A stretch of 64,000 nt of DNA from Clostridia bacterium (GCA_017507325.1 JAFWBD010000047.1:1146-65145); one strand, 5' to 3'. Numbered from the stretch's first letter, positions 17,535 through 28,110 are shown. A program made the numbers and translations. The notes: generated from the sequence alone by a model not told the origin.

Positions 17535-19214
17535 TCAGCGAATTCTTCGAACCGACTCCGTCGGCTCTTTTTTGTTTTGCCAAGCCGAAAGAATCCTTTT
17601 TACTTGCTCGGGCGTTTCCACGGTAAAAATAAAATGCTGATCGGTCAGCCCCTTTTCCTTCAATTCCTTCTGCTTGTCAGCCATATACAAAGGAACCGAA
17701 TTCAAAACAATGCTGCGTCCGCCCTCCTCGATCACGGGGAACAAAACGCCTCTTCTGTCCCGAAGCGCTCCCCCGGAGGGCTTTTTCTCCAAAAGCATCA
17801 AGGGAATTCTGCCGTACACGATCACTCTCTTTTTTCCTCTCAGATCCCGAAGCTGAGCGAGATTCAATTCGGGGGATACGATGGCATCCGCCAGAAACGG
17901 AAAGGCATTCAAGGAAAAGCTGTTGGTCAGATTCAAGCGAAAATCACCGTGCAGGGTAACGGGCAGATCCTCGGCCAACGAAAAATGGCCGAGATTTCCC
18001 ACCAAAACGTGCTTTGCCCCCTTGGCCACAGCCTTTTCCAAATCCTCTCGAACCTTTCCCCATTCGCTGTCAAACACCACGGGAGGCAGAACGACCCCGT
18101 TGGCAGCCCCGCCCTCAAAGGACGCCAAGGGCAGGTATTTCTCTCGGAAAAAATCGCCCTCGGGAATCTGATCGGGAGAAAGGAAGCGGGCAGTACGGCA
18201 AAAAGGAGATTTCTCCTTGGGGGGCAATTCGGAATGCGGGGAGAGAACCTCCCGTTTTTCCGTTTCGATCCGCTTTCCCCGAGGACCCCCATCCCGAAAC
18301 GAGACGCGAACCCCTTCGCTTTTGCTTTTATCCCCCTCGGTGCGGATTCCCAGCATCTCCTCGCCGATCCTTTTGGTGAAATATCCGTCGGTAAATCCGC
18401 TGCGGGAAAACACCGCCGCCGTTTTTTCAATCTCCTTGGGGGTGGCATTCCGATTTTCATCCAAAAGCGTTCTCCACAGACGGGTGACGGAATACACGTA
18501 GGCAGGGCTCTTCATCCGCCCTTCGATTTTCAGAGAGCGAATCCCCATCGGGATCAGCTCGGTCACGTGGCGGGCGAGGGTCAGATCCTTAAAGCTCAAA
18601 AGGTAGCCCCCCCGATAGGGCAAGCGGCAGGGCTGGGCGCATTCGCCGCGGTTTCCCGAGCGATCGCCGATCATACTGCTCATCAGACATTGCCCCGAAT
18701 GACTGGCGCAAACAGCTCCGTGAACGAAGGCCTCGATCTCCAAGGGGGAGTTCCCGCAAAGCTCCGCCAGATTCTCCCGATCCAATTCCCTTGCGCACAC
18801 CGCACGGAAAAAGCCCTCGGAGGCCAAATACCGCACCGCCTCCGTATTGTGGGCGGACATTTGGGTGCTGGCGTGCAGCTCCATACGGGGAAAATTCAAA
18901 TGCAAAAGCCTTGCCAGACCCAAATCCGCCACAATGAGGGCATCCACCCCCTCACGGTACAAAGCGGCGGCAAGAGAGAGCGCCTCCGGAATTTGCCGAT
19001 CGGTCAGAAGGGTGTTGAGGGTCACGTATACCCGAACGCCCCTTTCGTGACAGCGCCTCACCACGGAGGGAAGAGAATTCCGATCAAAATTTTTGGCATT
19101 CATTCTGGCATTGAATTCGCGGGTGCCAAGATACACGGCATCCGCACCGCCGAAAAGAGCCGCCGAAAGAGTTTCCTCCCCACCGACGGGACAAAGTAGC
19201 TCGGGCTTTTTCAC
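17535..19214 (-). CDS. U32-family peptidase-like protein
   Basis: The MKKPELLCPVGG....GADAVYLG N-terminus is typical of U32. The start is a GTG preceded by GGGGAGA. Confidence 0.8.
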   Translation of the reverse strand: MKKPELLCPVGGEETLSAALFGGADAVYLGTREFNARMNAKNFDRNSLPSVVRRCHERGVRVYVTLNTLLTDRQIPEALSLAAALYREGVDALIVADLGLARLLHLNFPRMELHASTQMSAHNTEAVRYLASEGFFRAVCARELDRENLAELCGNSPLEIEAFVHGAVCASHSGQCLMSSMIGDRSGNRGECAQPCRLPYRGGYLLSFKDLTLARHVTELIPMGIRSLKIEGRMKSPAYVYSVTRLWRTLLDENRNATPKEIEKTAAVFSRSGFTDGYFTKRIGEEMLGIRTEGDKSKSEGVRVSFRDGGPRGKRIETEKREVLSPHSELPPKEKSPFCRTARFLSPDQIPEGDFFREKYLPLASFEGGAANGVVLPPVVFDSEWGKVREDLEKAVAKGAKHVLVGNLGHFSLAEDLPVTLHGDFRLNLTNSFSLNAFPFLADAIVSPELNLAQLRDLRGKKRVIVYGRIPLMLLEKKPSGGALRDRRGVLFPVIEEGGRSIVLNSVPLYMADKQKELKEKGLTDQHFIFTVETPEQVKRILSAWQNKKEPTESVRRIR

Positions 19215-19379
19215 AAAAATCTCCCCCTTTCCCCAAAAGAATCAAAAATACAACATATTATATCACATTTTACAAGAAAAAGAAAGAGATTTTTACGAAA
19301 AAGAGTGTACTTCTCCATATATATGATTTCGTTATTGATTTTATAAAAAAACGGTATATTCGGATATGGTGTACTTGCA

Positions 19380-19408
19380 TTGACTTTTTTCTCTTTTCTC
19401 TATAAAAT
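19380..19408 (+). promoter_or_regulatory. Candidate promoter of the YidE/YbjL-type transporter gene
   Basis: TTGACT (19380-19385), a 17-nt spacer, then TAAAAT (19403-19408). Confidence 0.4.
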
Positions 19409-19445
19409 AGGAAAGGAACGGAAGATTCCACAAAGGAGAACGGAT

Positions 19446-20682
19446 ATGATTTCATTTTCAATTGTCGGCCTTACTCGCTTGATGCTTTGCCTGATGCTGA
19501 TCATCGCCGCCGGCTATCTGCTGGGGAGAATCAGTATCAAAGGAATCTCATTGGAAACCGCGGGGGTTTTTTGTTGCCGCCCTGCTGTTCGGTGCTCTCT
19601 TTCCCGCTTTTTTGGAATCACAGCTGTCGGTGGGTCCCGAGGGGGCGCGCGTTTCCTATCTGTGTCAGGCCTTGGATCTGGTTAAGAATCTCGGCTTGAT
19701 CCTCTTCGTATCGGCCGTCGGCTTTATTGCGGGTCCCAAGTTCTTCGCCAATTTCAAGCGAAATTTCAAGTCCTACGTTCTGCTGGGTGCCGTGATCATT
19801 CTGGCGGGCGGGCTGACCGCCGTGGGCTGTTTGTATCTCGGTCGGCTTTTGGAGGGCGGCAGTGCCGATTTTGATCCCGATAAGCTGTCCGCTATGATCG
19901 CAGGGCTTCTCTCCGGTGCCTTGACCTCCACCCCTGCCTTTTCCACCGCGCTGGACACGGTGCGGAAGGTTTCGCCGGAATTCGAATCCGTGGTTTCCGT
20001 GGGCTATGCCATTGCCTATCTGTTCGGCGTCATCGGTGTGGTGCTGTTCGTTCAGCTGATGCCCAAGATCTCCCGCGCCGATATGGCCGAGGAGCGGAAA
20101 AAGCTTGCGGAGATCTCCTCCTCAGAGGGCAAAAAAGCTCCTGAAAACCCCTTCCTTTTGGACGATTTCGGAATCGCTCCCTTCGCCTTGGCTTCGGCCA
20201 TCGGCCTTCTTTTGGGCAAGATCGAATTCTGCGGCTTCTTTTCCCTTGGGTCTACGGGAGGCTGTCTTCTCGCTTCCCTTGTGATGGGGCATTTCGGACG
20301 GATCGGGAAAATCAGTCTGATGCCGAAAAATTCCACCCTCAAGGTTTTCCGTGAATTGGGTCTGGTGCTGTTTTTGATCGGCGCGGGGATTTCCGGCGGT
20401 ATGGATTTTGTGGAGCACTTCAAATTGATCTACTTCGTATACGGCGCCATTATGACGGTGGTGCCCTTGGTACTCGGCTATTTGTTTGCCAAATACGTTT
20501 TAAAGCTTCCCCTTCTCAACAAACTCGGCTCCATCACGGGGGGAATGACCTCCACCCCCGCCTTGGGAACGCTGATCCACGTTGCGGGAACGGAGGACGT
20601 GGCCGCCGCCTATGCCGCCACCTATCCCGTCGCTCTGATCGCGGTGGTTTTTGTTTCCCAGCTTCTCATTCTTTGCTTCTGA
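19446..20682 (+). pseudogene. YidE/YbjL/AspT-family transporter interrupted by a +1 frameshift in a G5T6 run
   Basis: Frame 0 reads MISFSIVGLTRLMLCLMLIIAAGYLLGRISIKGISLETAGVF up to the T-run at 19567-19572. The family sequence then continues in frame +1 (VAALLFGALFPAFLESQLSVGPEG...LGLILFVSAVGFIAGPKFF...) to 20682. Removing one T restores a single ORF. Confidence 0.75.
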
Positions 20683-20690
20683 TTTTTCAG

Positions 20691-20718
20691 GGAGCGTGCC
20701 GTGCACGCTCCTTTTTTT
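20691..20718 (+). terminator. Rho-independent terminator after the transporter gene
   Basis: The stem ggagcgtgc pairs with gcacgctcc and is followed by T7. Confidence 0.7.
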
Positions 20719-20742
20719 GTGCCCGAAATCCTATGTCGGACA

Positions 20743-20772
20743 TTGACGAAAACCCACCTCTTGTGTTATAAT
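20743..20772 (+). promoter_or_regulatory. Candidate promoter of miaB-mutS-mutL
   Basis: TTGACG (20743-20748), an 18-nt spacer ending in TGt, then TATAAT (20767-20772). Confidence 0.55.
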
Positions 20773-20803
20773 ATCAAAGACTGTAGAAGGAGGAAACGAT
20801 GGG

Positions 20804-22144
20804 ATGAAAGAGAAGAAAATATACGTCAATACCTTTGGCTGTCAGCAAAACGAGGCCGACAGCGAAACCCTCCTTGCCATTGCAGAATCCAAGGGCTACA
20901 AGGAAACGGACCGTGCCGAAGATGCCGATCTGATCCTGTTCAATACCTGCGCCGTGCGGGAGCACGCGGAATTGAAGGCCCTTTCCACCACGGGTGCTTT
21001 GAAGCATCTGAAGGCAAAGAATCCGAATTTAAAGATCGGCCTTTGCGGCTGTATGGTACAGCAGGAGCACCGTGCCGAGGATATCCGCACCAAATACCCT
21101 TACGTGGATTTCGTATTCGGCACCAACAAGATCAGCTCCTTCGGCGATATTTTGGATCGGGTGGAGCATTCTAAAAAGCGTCTGTTTTTGGTGGAATCCT
21201 ATGAAAAGAATCCGGGGAAAATCTGCGAGGGTCTCCCCGTGAAGCGAAAATACCCGTACCGTGCCTACGTTTCCGTCATGTACGGCTGTAACAATTTCTG
21301 CACCTACTGCGTGGTTCCCTACGTTCGGGGAAGAGAGCGCAGCCGCGAAAAGGAATCCGTTTTGGAGGAGGTGCGGGGTCTGGTGCAAAACGGGTGCAAG
21401 GAGATCACCCTTCTGGGGCAAAACGTGAATTCCTACGGAAAGGATCTGGCCGCCCCCGTCTCCTTCTCCCGTCTTTTGGAGGAGATCTGCAAGATCCCGG
21501 GGGATTTTGTGGTAAAGTTTATGACCTCCCATCCCAAGGATGCCACGGAGGAGCTGTTTGACACCATTTGGAAAAACCCCAAATGCGAGCGTCATTTTCA
21601 CCTTCCCCTTCAGGCGGGAAGCAACGAGATCCTAAAGAAAATGAACCGAAAATACAGCTTTGAGGAATACTACGCCCTGGTGCAGTCCCTTCGCCGAAGG
21701 ATGCCCGAGATCGCCATTACCACCGATATCATCGTGGGCTTTCCCGGAGAGAGCGAGGAGGATTTTCAAAGGACCCTCAATGCCATGGAAAAATGCCGCT
21801 TTGACGGAATTTTCAGCTTCAACTACTCTCCCCGCAAGGGAACCCCTGCCGCAAAGCTGCCCGATCGCATTCCCGACGAGGTGTTAAAGGACCGTATGGC
21901 GCGGCTTTTAAGGCTTCAGGAATCCATTCAGACGGAGAAAAACCGAGAAATGGTGGGGCGGACTCTGCGCGCACTCTGCGAGGGAGAAAGCAAAACCGAT
22001 CCCCGCTACCTTTCGGCTCGGAGCGACAGCGGAAGACTCATCCATTTCCCCAAGCCCGAAGCCGCTCCCTCCGCCGGTGACTACGTTGCGGTCAAAATTA
22101 CCGAAGCCCGTTCCATTATGCTGTTTGGAGAGGTCGTATTATGA
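20804..22144 (+). CDS. miaB: tRNA-i6A37 methylthiotransferase (radical SAM)
   Basis: MKEKKIYVNTFGCQQNEADSE is the UPF0004 domain. The radical-SAM motif CNNFCTYC and a TRAM C-terminus are present. Confidence 0.9.
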   Translation: MKEKKIYVNTFGCQQNEADSETLLAIAESKGYKETDRAEDADLILFNTCAVREHAELKALSTTGALKHLKAKNPNLKIGLCGCMVQQEHRAEDIRTKYPYVDFVFGTNKISSFGDILDRVEHSKKRLFLVESYEKNPGKICEGLPVKRKYPYRAYVSVMYGCNNFCTYCVVPYVRGRERSREKESVLEEVRGLVQNGCKEITLLGQNVNSYGKDLAAPVSFSRLLEEICKIPGDFVVKFMTSHPKDATEELFDTIWKNPKCERHFHLPLQAGSNEILKKMNRKYSFEEYYALVQSLRRRMPEIAITTDIIVGFPGESEEDFQRTLNAMEKCRFDGIFSFNYSPRKGTPAAKLPDRIPDEVLKDRMARLLRLQESIQTEKNREMVGRTLRALCEGESKTDPRYLSARSDSGRLIHFPKPEAAPSAGDYVAVKITEARSIMLFGEVVL

Positions 22145-24750
22145 GCCCGATGATGCTGCAATATTTTGAAATCAAAAAGCAATACGAGGATTATCTTCTG
22201 TTTTACCGTCTCGGTGATTTTTACGAGATGTTCTTTGAGGACGCCAAAATTGCCTCCAGGGAATTGGATCTGACCTTAACCGGTCGGGATTGCGGAGAAC
22301 AGGAGCGGGCACCTATGTGCGGTGTTCCCTACCACTCCTGCGACGGCTACATTGCAAAGCTCATTGAAAAGGGCTACAAGGTGGCCATTTGCGAGCAGAC
22401 CCAGGACCCCGCCACCTGCAAGGGGATCGTCCCCCGCGAGGTGATCCGCATCATCACCCCCGGTACCGTAACCCTGGGGGATGCGCTGGAGGAGGGGAAA
22501 AACAACTTTTTGGCCACGGTGTTTCTGGAAAAGGGGCGCGGTGCCTGTGCCTTTTACGATCTGTCCGAAAGCTGTCTCTACGCCGTTTCCATGGAAAACG
22601 ACCGTGAGGACGGGCTGAACCGTGCCGTCATCAATGAATTTGCCAAGTTTTCCCCCAAGGAGATTCTGATCAACCTTCCCGAAACGGAATGCGAGCCCTT
22701 GATGGCCTACGTGCACCGCAGGGAGGGAGTTTTGCTCTCCTGCGGGGTGTACGATCTGTTTGAGGAAAAAAACGTTTCCCTCATTGAGCGCCAATTCGGA
22801 AAGAGCCCTCGGGATTTGGGAATCAGTTCGGAGGAAATCCCCTTGCAAAGAGCCTGCGCCGCTCTCATCGCCTATTTGTCCCAAACCCAAAAGACCGTTC
22901 TTTCCTCTCTGACCGAAATCAAGATCTACGATCAGAACCGCTATCTTGCCATTGACGCAAGCTCCAGACGGAATCTGGAATTGGTGGAAACACAGCGCAC
23001 GGGAGAAAAGCGCGGCTCCCTTCTCTGGGTGCTGGACCGCACCAAAACCGGCAGCGGTGCCCGTATGCTCCGCCGCTGGATCGAGCAGCCCCTGACCAAC
23101 CCCCGCGCCATTGCCAAGCGCCAAAGCGCAGTGCTGGAATTCTGCAACAATCTTCCCTTAAAGGACCGCATTCGGGAGGAGCTTTCCCCCGTTCAAGACA
23201 TCGAACGGATTCTCTCCCGCATCATTTACAGCGGAGGCAACGCAAAGGATCTGTTCGCCCTGGGCGCCACCATCTCCCGTCTCCCCGAGCTGACCGAGAC
23301 CCTGAAATCCTGCAGCTCCGAGGCCTTAAGCGAGATCTACCGTATTTTTTCGGAATCGGTGCTCCCGCAAACCGAGCCGCTGGCCGAGCTTTTGAGAGCG
23401 GCCATCCGCCCCGATCCTCCCTTCTCCGTGCGGGAGGGCGGCTTCATTCAAAGAGGGTATCACGCCGAATTGGATGAATTAAACGATATGATGACCGAAA
23501 GCCAAAGTTATTTGGCCAAGATCGAGGCTATGGAGCGGGAATTGACGGAGATTCCCAAATTAAAGATCGGCTATAACCGCGTGTTCGGCTATTATTTCGA
23601 GGTTTCCAAGCTGCACAGCGACAAGGTTCCCGATCGCTACATCCGCAAGCAGACCCTGACCGGTGCCGAGCGATACATCACCAGCGAGCTGAAGGATATG
23701 GAAAGCCGCATTCTCGGTGCCAAGGACCGCGCCGTCGCCTTGGAATACGATCTTTTCTGCGAGATCTGCGAAAAGGTCAAATCCCTTTCCTCCGTTCTGC
23801 AGGAGGCCGCCTCCCTTTTGGCGCAAACGGACGTTTACGCCTCCCTGGCCCAAGCGGCGCTGGAAAACAACTACACCTGCCCCATGGTGGACTATTCCGA
23901 CCGCATCCGCATCGAGGATGGGCGCCATCCCGTGGTGGAAAAGGTGACCCGAGGCTTTTTCGTTCCCAACGATGCCCTGCTGGATTGCGGGGAAAACCGT
24001 ATGGCCATCATCACAGGTCCCAATATGGCGGGAAAAAGCACCTATATGCGTGCGTGCGCCATCATCGTTATTATGGCACAGATGGGCTCCTTCGTCCCTG
24101 CAAAGGAAGCGCAGATCGGAATCGTGGACAAGATCTTCACCCGCGTGGGCGCCAGCGACGATCTTTCCCTGGGACAATCCACCTTTATGCTGGAGATGAG
24201 CGAGGTGGCCTACATTCTGGACAACGCCACCAAAAAGAGTTTGATCATTTACGACGAGATCGGCCGCGGTACCTCCACCTACGACGGAATGAGCATTGCC
24301 CGCGCCGTTGTGGAATACACCGCAGGGAAAAAGTGCGGTGCCAAAACGCTGTTTGCCACCCATTATCACGAGCTTTCCGAATTGGAAAGAAGCCTTCAGG
24401 GCGTGAAAAATTACAACATTGCCGCCAAAAAGCGCGGCGACAGCGTGATCTTTTTAAGGAAGATCGTTCCCGGCTCCGCCGATGAAAGCTACGGCATCGA
24501 GGTTGCGGGGCTGGCGGGCGTTCCCGCCGAGGTGATCCGCCGTGCCAAGGAGGTTCTGCGGGAATTGGAGCTCTCCCGTCCGCGGGAAAACGCGCTTCCT
24601 CCGAAGGAGCGGGAGGAGGAGCTCCCCATGATTTCCTCCATCAAGGACAGCATCATCGACACCCTCAAGAGCATCAACGTGGATACCATCACCCCCATTG
24701 AGGCCCTCAGCAAGCTCTACGAGCTTTCCCGCGAGGCCAAGGATCTGTAA
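22141..24750 (+). CDS. mutS: DNA mismatch repair protein MutS
   Basis: The N-terminus reads MMLQYFEIKKQYEDYLLFYRLGDFYEMFFEDA. The Walker A motif is GPNMAGKST. The start overlaps the miaB stop (ATGA). Confidence 0.95.
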   Translation: MSPMMLQYFEIKKQYEDYLLFYRLGDFYEMFFEDAKIASRELDLTLTGRDCGEQERAPMCGVPYHSCDGYIAKLIEKGYKVAICEQTQDPATCKGIVPREVIRIITPGTVTLGDALEEGKNNFLATVFLEKGRGACAFYDLSESCLYAVSMENDREDGLNRAVINEFAKFSPKEILINLPETECEPLMAYVHRREGVLLSCGVYDLFEEKNVSLIERQFGKSPRDLGISSEEIPLQRACAALIAYLSQTQKTVLSSLTEIKIYDQNRYLAIDASSRRNLELVETQRTGEKRGSLLWVLDRTKTGSGARMLRRWIEQPLTNPRAIAKRQSAVLEFCNNLPLKDRIREELSPVQDIERILSRIIYSGGNAKDLFALGATISRLPELTETLKSCSSEALSEIYRIFSESVLPQTEPLAELLRAAIRPDPPFSVREGGFIQRGYHAELDELNDMMTESQSYLAKIEAMERELTEIPKLKIGYNRVFGYYFEVSKLHSDKVPDRYIRKQTLTGAERYITSELKDMESRILGAKDRAVALEYDLFCEICEKVKSLSSVLQEAASLLAQTDVYASLAQAALENNYTCPMVDYSDRIRIEDGRHPVVEKVTRGFFVPNDALLDCGENRMAIITGPNMAGKSTYMRACAIIVIMAQMGSFVPAKEAQIGIVDKIFTRVGASDDLSLGQSTFMLEMSEVAYILDNATKKSLIIYDEIGRGTSTYDGMSIARAVVEYTAGKKCGAKTLFATHYHELSELERSLQGVKNYNIAAKKRGDSVIFLRKIVPGSADESYGIEVAGLAGVPAEVIRRAKEVLRELELSRPRENALPPKEREEELPMISSIKDSIIDTLKSINVDTITPIEALSKLYELSREAKDL

Positions 24751-24769
24751 ATAAGAGAAAGGAGCTTTT

Positions 24770-26836
24770 ATGGCAAAAATCAATCTTTTGGACGTGCAAA
24801 CCGCCAACCTGATCGCCGCGGGCGAGGTGGTGGAGCGTCCCGCCAACGTATTAAAAGAGCTGCTGGAAAACGCCATCGACGCCAAAAGCTCCGTGATCGT
24901 AACGGAGATCGAAGAGGGCGGAACCTCCATGATCCGTATCAGCGATAACGGCGTGGGGATGGAAAAGGAGGATCTGCCTCTTTGCATCCGCCGTCACGCC
25001 ACCAGCAAGATCCGCGCTGCCGAGGATCATACGGCCATTTCCACCCTGGGCTTCCGAGGCGAAGCACTGGCCGCCATTTCCTCCACCTCCCGCTTTACCG
25101 TTCTCTCCAAGCGCCGAGAGGATCCCTTCGGCCATCAAATGACCGTGGAGGGAGAGACCGTCCTTTCCTTGGAGGAATGCGGCTGTGCGGACGGTACCAC
25201 CGTGATCGTCCGAGATCTTTTTTTCAATCAGCCCGCCCGCAAAAAATTCTTAAAGCGCAATCAGACGGAAAGCGCCGCCATTTTGCAATATCTCCAGCGC
25301 ATTGCCGTATCTCATCCCGAGATCGCCTTCCGACACACGTCGGACGGGGTTCAAAAGCTTCAAACCGTGGGAAACGGTAAGCTGTACGATTGTATTTATT
25401 CCGTTTACGGCAAGGAATTTGCCTCCGCTCTGGTCCCCGTGGAGGAAGCCTTGGGGGACTATACCGTCAAGGGCTTTATCACCCGTCCCGAGGCGGCTCG
25501 GAACAACCACAGCTATCAGAGCTTTTATATCAATTCCCGCTACGTGAAAAGCCGCACCATGCAGTTTGCCCTGGAGGATGCCTACAAGAGCTTTGTCAAG
25601 AGCGAGAAATTTCCCGGTTGTATTCTGTTTCTGGAATTGGATCCCGAGCGGGTAGACGTCAACGTTCATCCCGCAAAGCTGGAGGTTCGCTTTTCCGACG
25701 AAAGAGCCGTATACAACGCCGTATACCGTGCCGTCCGCAACACCCTCTCCACCCTTTCCAACCAATTGGCAAGAGATGAGTATTTCAGCGCCGTGGAACA
25801 AGCCCGCGAAGGGAAAAATCCCGTCATTCCCTCCATTCGGGAAACCCGTGCCGCACCTGCGCCCTCGGCGGAAATCATGAGCGGCATCAAAAAAGAAAAC
25901 AAGTGGGAATTGCCTCTGTTTTCTCCCGCCAAGAGCCGTGGAACAAGCCCCTTGATCCCCGAGGAGGAAAGGATTCTTCCCCAAAAGGTTTCGGTGGAAA
26001 AAGCAGATTTCACCCTCTCCGACAAGCCACAAGAAAGCATTGCGAAAGCGAATGAGCCCTCGCAGGCTCTTGAAGAAAAAAGCTCTTTTGGCTTCGATGC
26101 CGAAAAAGAGAAGACCGCCTCTGTGTCATCGGAATCCCCCTTGGCCCCCAAGGTCAAAGCGCCCGCCGTTCCCGAGGCGTGGCAGAAAGAGCCCCCCGAG
26201 GCGATCCAACTGTCTATGGAGCAGGTGCCCGCAGGAAAGGAAAACCCCCTTGCCGAAAAGGGAAGCATTCGCGGCGTGCTGTTTTCCGCCTTTATTCTGT
26301 ACGAAGCGAACGATCGGGTCTATCTGATCGATAAGCACGCCGCCCACGAAAGGATCCTCTACGAAAGCTTGAAAAAAAGCCATCGGGAGGAGGCCGTTCA
26401 GCTGTTTTTGGAGCCTCGGCTTTTGCGCTTGCCGCCCGTGGAGGCCGCGTGCCTGGCCGAGCATTTATCGGAATTTTGTGAAGCAGGCTTCTTTTTGGAG
26501 GATTTCGGAGAGGACAGCTTCCTCTTACGGGGCATTCCCCTGGAATTGACCCGACTTTCTCCCGACACCGTCCTTTCCCTTTTGGAAAAGGCGGCAGCGG
26601 AACTGCAACTTGGCGGAAGAGCCGGCGGAACGGCGGAAGCAAGATTCGACCGTATCCTGTATTCCATGGCCTGTAAGGCCGCAGTCAAGGCGGGGATCCC
26701 CTCCTCCGACAGCGACCACGAATGGCTCGTGGAAAAAATCCGCGAGATCGACAACGTCACCGTATGCCCTCACGGGCGCCCCATTCTGATTTCCTACACC
26801 AAAAAGGAAATCGAAAATCTCTTTTTAAGAACTTAA
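24770..26836 (+). CDS. mutL: DNA mismatch repair protein MutL
   Basis: The GHKL N-terminus reads IAAGEVVERPANVLKELLENAIDA. A C-terminal dimerisation/endonuclease region is present. Confidence 0.95.
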   Translation: MAKINLLDVQTANLIAAGEVVERPANVLKELLENAIDAKSSVIVTEIEEGGTSMIRISDNGVGMEKEDLPLCIRRHATSKIRAAEDHTAISTLGFRGEALAAISSTSRFTVLSKRREDPFGHQMTVEGETVLSLEECGCADGTTVIVRDLFFNQPARKKFLKRNQTESAAILQYLQRIAVSHPEIAFRHTSDGVQKLQTVGNGKLYDCIYSVYGKEFASALVPVEEALGDYTVKGFITRPEAARNNHSYQSFYINSRYVKSRTMQFALEDAYKSFVKSEKFPGCILFLELDPERVDVNVHPAKLEVRFSDERAVYNAVYRAVRNTLSTLSNQLARDEYFSAVEQAREGKNPVIPSIRETRAAPAPSAEIMSGIKKENKWELPLFSPAKSRGTSPLIPEEERILPQKVSVEKADFTLSDKPQESIAKANEPSQALEEKSSFGFDAEKEKTASVSSESPLAPKVKAPAVPEAWQKEPPEAIQLSMEQVPAGKENPLAEKGSIRGVLFSAFILYEANDRVYLIDKHAAHERILYESLKKSHREEAVQLFLEPRLLRLPPVEAACLAEHLSEFCEAGFFLEDFGEDSFLLRGIPLELTRLSPDTVLSLLEKAAAELQLGGRAGGTAEARFDRILYSMACKAAVKAGIPSSDSDHEWLVEKIREIDNVTVCPHGRPILISYTKKEIENLFLRT

Positions 26837-26853
26837 GGAAAGGCAGAACCGCT

Positions 26854-27420
26854 ATGGCAAAAATCAAATGGAAGCCCGGAACCCTTTTGGCACCCGTTCC
26901 CGCCGTTCTGGTTACCAGCGGAACCTTGGAGAAGCCCAACGTTGCCACGGTGGCTTGGACGGGCGTTGTTTGCTCGGAGCCCCCCATGACCTACGTTTCT
27001 CTCCGAAAAAGCCGCTATTCCCATCAGCTGATCTCCCAAAGCGGCGAATTCTGCATCAATCTCACCACGGGAAGCCTGGCCAAAGCCACGGATGCCTGCG
27101 GCGTTTACACGGGAGAAAAGGTGAACAAGATCAAGGCCTATTCTCTGACGGCGGAAAAAGCCTTTTGCGTTTCCTGCCCCACCCTGGCGCAAAGCCCCGT
27201 TTCTCTGGAATGCAGGGTCACGGAGATCAAAAGCCTCGGCTCTCACGATCTGTTTCTGGCCGAGATCGTTTCCGTGGACGTGGATGAACAATACGTGGAC
27301 GAAAAGGGCCGTTTGGATCTGAAGCGTGCCAACCTTCTGGCTTATTCCCACGGAGATTACATTCAGCTGGGCAAGAAGATCGGCTCCTTCGGATATTCGG
27401 TAAAAAAGAAGAAAAAATAA
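26854..27420 (+). CDS. Flavin-reductase-like domain protein
   Basis: MAKIKWKPGTLLAPVPAVLVTSG....NVATVAWTG is typical of the flavin reductase family. The ATG at 26854 follows AAGGAAAGG. Confidence 0.75.
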   Translation: MAKIKWKPGTLLAPVPAVLVTSGTLEKPNVATVAWTGVVCSEPPMTYVSLRKSRYSHQLISQSGEFCINLTTGSLAKATDACGVYTGEKVNKIKAYSLTAEKAFCVSCPTLAQSPVSLECRVTEIKSLGSHDLFLAEIVSVDVDEQYVDEKGRLDLKRANLLAYSHGDYIQLGKKIGSFGYSVKKKKK

Positions 27421-27446
27421 TTTATTTATCATTTATTCACTTTTTG

Positions 27447-27475
27447 TTGACATTTTTACTCAAGTATGCTATATT
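27447..27475 (+). promoter_or_regulatory. Near-consensus sigma-70 promoter
   Basis: TTGACA (27447-27452), a 17-nt spacer ending in TGc, then TATATT (27470-27475). Confidence 0.6.
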
Positions 27476-27501
27476 GAAAAAAACGATCATAGGAGGTACT
27501 T

Positions 27502-28056
27502 ATGGATTCTCAGCAGCTCAACCCCACGCCTCAGACCCCCGCCGTGGAAAGTGCTCCCGTAAAGGAGAACGTTTTGGCAGGTGCCGTCGGCGCCTTCCTT
27601 TTCGCCCTGGTCGGCGGTGTCCTTTGGTTTGTGTTGTATCTCGTCGGCTTTTTCGCCGGCATCAGCGGCCTGGTGGGCGCGGTTTGCGCCGTCAAGGGCT
27701 ATTCTCTGTTTTCCAAAAAGGAGAGCGTGAAGGGCATCGTCATTGCCATCGTTATGGTGGTATTGGTGATGGCCGTGGCTTGGTATCTCTGTCTCTCCTA
27801 TGACATTTACGTGGCGCATCAGGAATGGTTCGAAAGCGAAGAGATCGATTTTTCCCTCTCCTTCATCGAATCGGTTCAGGCCGCGCCCTACTATCTTGCC
27901 GATCCCGACGTTGCCCCCGCCTATCTGTTGGATCTGGGCATCGGACTTGTTTTGTGCTTTGTGGGTGCGGGCAGCTTTGTTTCCAACAAGATCAAGGCCG
28001 CCAAGGCTGCATCCAAAGCTTCCGAAGCAAGCCCCGAGGGCCCAAAGCTTTCCTGA
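27502..28056 (+). CDS. Hypothetical multi-pass membrane protein (184 aa)
   Basis: It has three to four hydrophobic helices. AGGAGG lies upstream and a terminator lies downstream. Confidence 0.7.
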   Translation: MDSQQLNPTPQTPAVESAPVKENVLAGAVGAFLFALVGGVLWFVLYLVGFFAGISGLVGAVCAVKGYSLFSKKESVKGIVIAIVMVVLVMAVAWYLCLSYDIYVAHQEWFESEEIDFSLSFIESVQAAPYYLADPDVAPAYLLDLGIGLVLCFVGAGSFVSNKIKAAKAASKASEASPEGPKLS

Positions 28057-28080
28057 TTTTTCGTCCAAAAAAGCCCGATT

Positions 28081-28110
28081 TGCCGACCGAACTTCGGTCG
28101 GCATTTTTTT
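28081..28110 (+). terminator. Rho-independent terminator
   Basis: gccgaccg (28082-28089) pairs with cggtcggc (28095-28102), followed by T7. Confidence 0.7.

Noticed and set aside
17289-19199. A 636-aa plus-strand ORF antisense to the U32 gene. Similar long shadow ORFs occur at 578-1963, 3752-5110, 5905-7263, 14574-15602, 15479-16564, 22276-23124, 37585-38688, 47242-48354, 49358-50509, 58648-60456 and 61638-62882.
   Set aside because: Each overlaps, on the opposite strand or in another frame, a gene with clear family motifs. None has its own translation signals. They are treated as compositional shadow ORFs.
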